IMG/VR virus record: IMGVR_UViG_3300042291_001013
Length of the DNA: 64,000 nucleotides
Strand: one strand, 5' to 3'
From: a virus
Lineage: Duplodnaviria > Caudoviricetes
Below the pieces are notes generated by a model. The model saw nothing but the letters and a program-made list of their open reading frames with translations, did not search any database and had not been told where the DNA came from. Shown piece after piece: positions 63,153 through 64,000 of the stretch. The translations under genes were made by a program, and so were the position numbers. Every line of letters starts with the position of its first letter. Position 1 is the first letter of the stretch.

Positions 63153-63379
63153 TTCTTCAGGGCCTTCCACATTTTTTCTTTTTCCAATTCATCTAGCCAT
63201 TCTTGTTCGCCAGAAAATTTACAAGTGTTTGCCAACATTTCGTCTACAGCAAATTTCACACGATACAAGTCTTGTTTACAAGGCCATTGGTTCCAGCCAG
63301 TTTCATAATTGTCGTTTGCGGCAAAATACATTCGTTGACAGTCACTAATCACCTTGTCTACGTTCCAGTTGATTATCAT
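63149..63379 (-). CDS. Small hypothetical protein
   Basis: 76-aa ORF coupled to neighbours. Confidence 0.65.
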   Translation of the reverse strand: MIINWNVDKVISDCQRMYFAANDNYETGWNQWPCKQDLYRVKFAVDEMLANTCKFSGEQEWLDELEKEKMWKALKK

Positions 63380-63380
63380 A

Positions 63381-63779
63381 TCAGTTGTGTTGCATCCAAT
63401 CAGGTTTGGCTTCCACGTGAATGGCTTCGGAGAAGGTAACGTCTGCTGGCTCCTCGTCAGATTCCATCATGACATCTTTGGGATCTACTCTGCGCAAGGT
63501 TTGCTTGCCCGTTTCATCTTCAATTTCAATACCACGTGTCCAGCGTCCGTGTTCTACACAGATCCATGTGCCTACCTTGATTGTGGTTTGTTCTGGACCC
63601 ACAGCATACACTCGACCCCAGCGTGGACGAATGCCTGAGCTTTTGCCGTTGTCTTTGACCAACACAATGCCACCGTTAGAGAGACGTTCTTCAAAGTTCA
63701 TGTCTCCAACAATCACGCTGTCGCGAAGTGGTTTGAGTTGATCACGCAAGATCTTGTGTGCTGAAAAGGCTGCCTTCAT
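63381..63779 (-). CDS. groES: GroES-like co-chaperonin
   Basis: LKPLRDSVIV, ERLSNGGIVL, GRVYAVGP. Confidence 0.82.
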   Translation of the reverse strand: MKAAFSAHKILRDQLKPLRDSVIVGDMNFEERLSNGGIVLVKDNGKSSGIRPRWGRVYAVGPEQTTIKVGTWICVEHGRWTRGIEIEDETGKQTLRRVDPKDVMMESDEEPADVTFSEAIHVEAKPDWMQHN

Positions 63780-64000
63780 AGTCCAGTTTCCGAAGAGTCA
63801 ATTATGGGGCGAATTTGTTTTTTGTATTGTTTGTTGACTTGTTCAGGTTTGGTGTTGATCACCCGACCCTGTTCGTCAATTTGGTCACCACGTGCGTTGG
63901 TTTTCATGTTGCCCACGGCTCGCACTTTTTCGTTTTGCAAACGCAAGGCGCCCATGTCAACAGTTTTGCCAGTGGCAGATCTATAAAGTTGTTTGGTCAT
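63776..64000 (-). CDS. Hypothetical protein
   Basis: 74-aa ORF starting at the window edge. Confidence 0.6.
   Translation of the reverse strand: MTKQLYRSATGKTVDMGALRLQNEKVRAVGNMKTNARGDQIDEQGRVINTKPEQVNKQYKKQIRPIIDSSETGL

Noticed and set aside
1-64000. CRISPR array, tRNA or rRNA genes
   Set aside because: No regularly spaced direct repeats; intergenic gaps are mostly under 130 nt; GTTCGA-like hits I saw lie inside CDSs without cloverleaf context.

Overview
A 64-kb segment of a large dsDNA tailed phage genome. It looks T4-like (inferred from family-B DNA polymerase, sliding clamp, clamp loader, GroES, PhoH and TAA(A/G)TA late-promoter motifs). No capsid, terminase or portal gene is in view, so taxonomy cannot be confirmed. 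Coding is dense and mostly on the minus strand. (1) 1-12.8 kb: a 7-deazaguanine cluster (folE, queD, a second T-fold protein, a TGT/DpdA-like transglycosylase) interleaved with sugar and tailoring enzymes (GalE, DegT-type aminotransferase, GT-A and GT-B glycosyltransferases, Rieske oxygenase, PP-loop protein, B12 radical SAM) and a PD-(D/E)xK-like nuclease. A preQ1-riboswitch-like element lies upstream of queD. (2) 12.8-18.6 kb: clamp, methyltransferase, PolB, amidinotransferase-like protein. (3) 19-31 kb: radical SAM/glycosyltransferase/SGNH/deacetylase islands. (4) Scattered from 22 to 58 kb: at least ten proteins that share a T4 capsid-targeting-like leader ending in hydrophobic-X-Glu, several built from modules joined by G-V-x-E linkers. 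One linker is an identical 18-bp DNA repeat 24.5 kb apart. These are probably head-packaged, protease-processed polyproteins and are my top candidate for an undescribed system. (5) 40-50 kb: ClpA, DnaJ, an interrupted lysis cassette, APS-kinase-like and TctC-like genes. (6) 52-57 kb: S8 protease and a long repetitive fibre. No tRNA, rRNA, CRISPR array or recognisable mobile element was found. All functional calls come from motifs read by eye; no database search was run.
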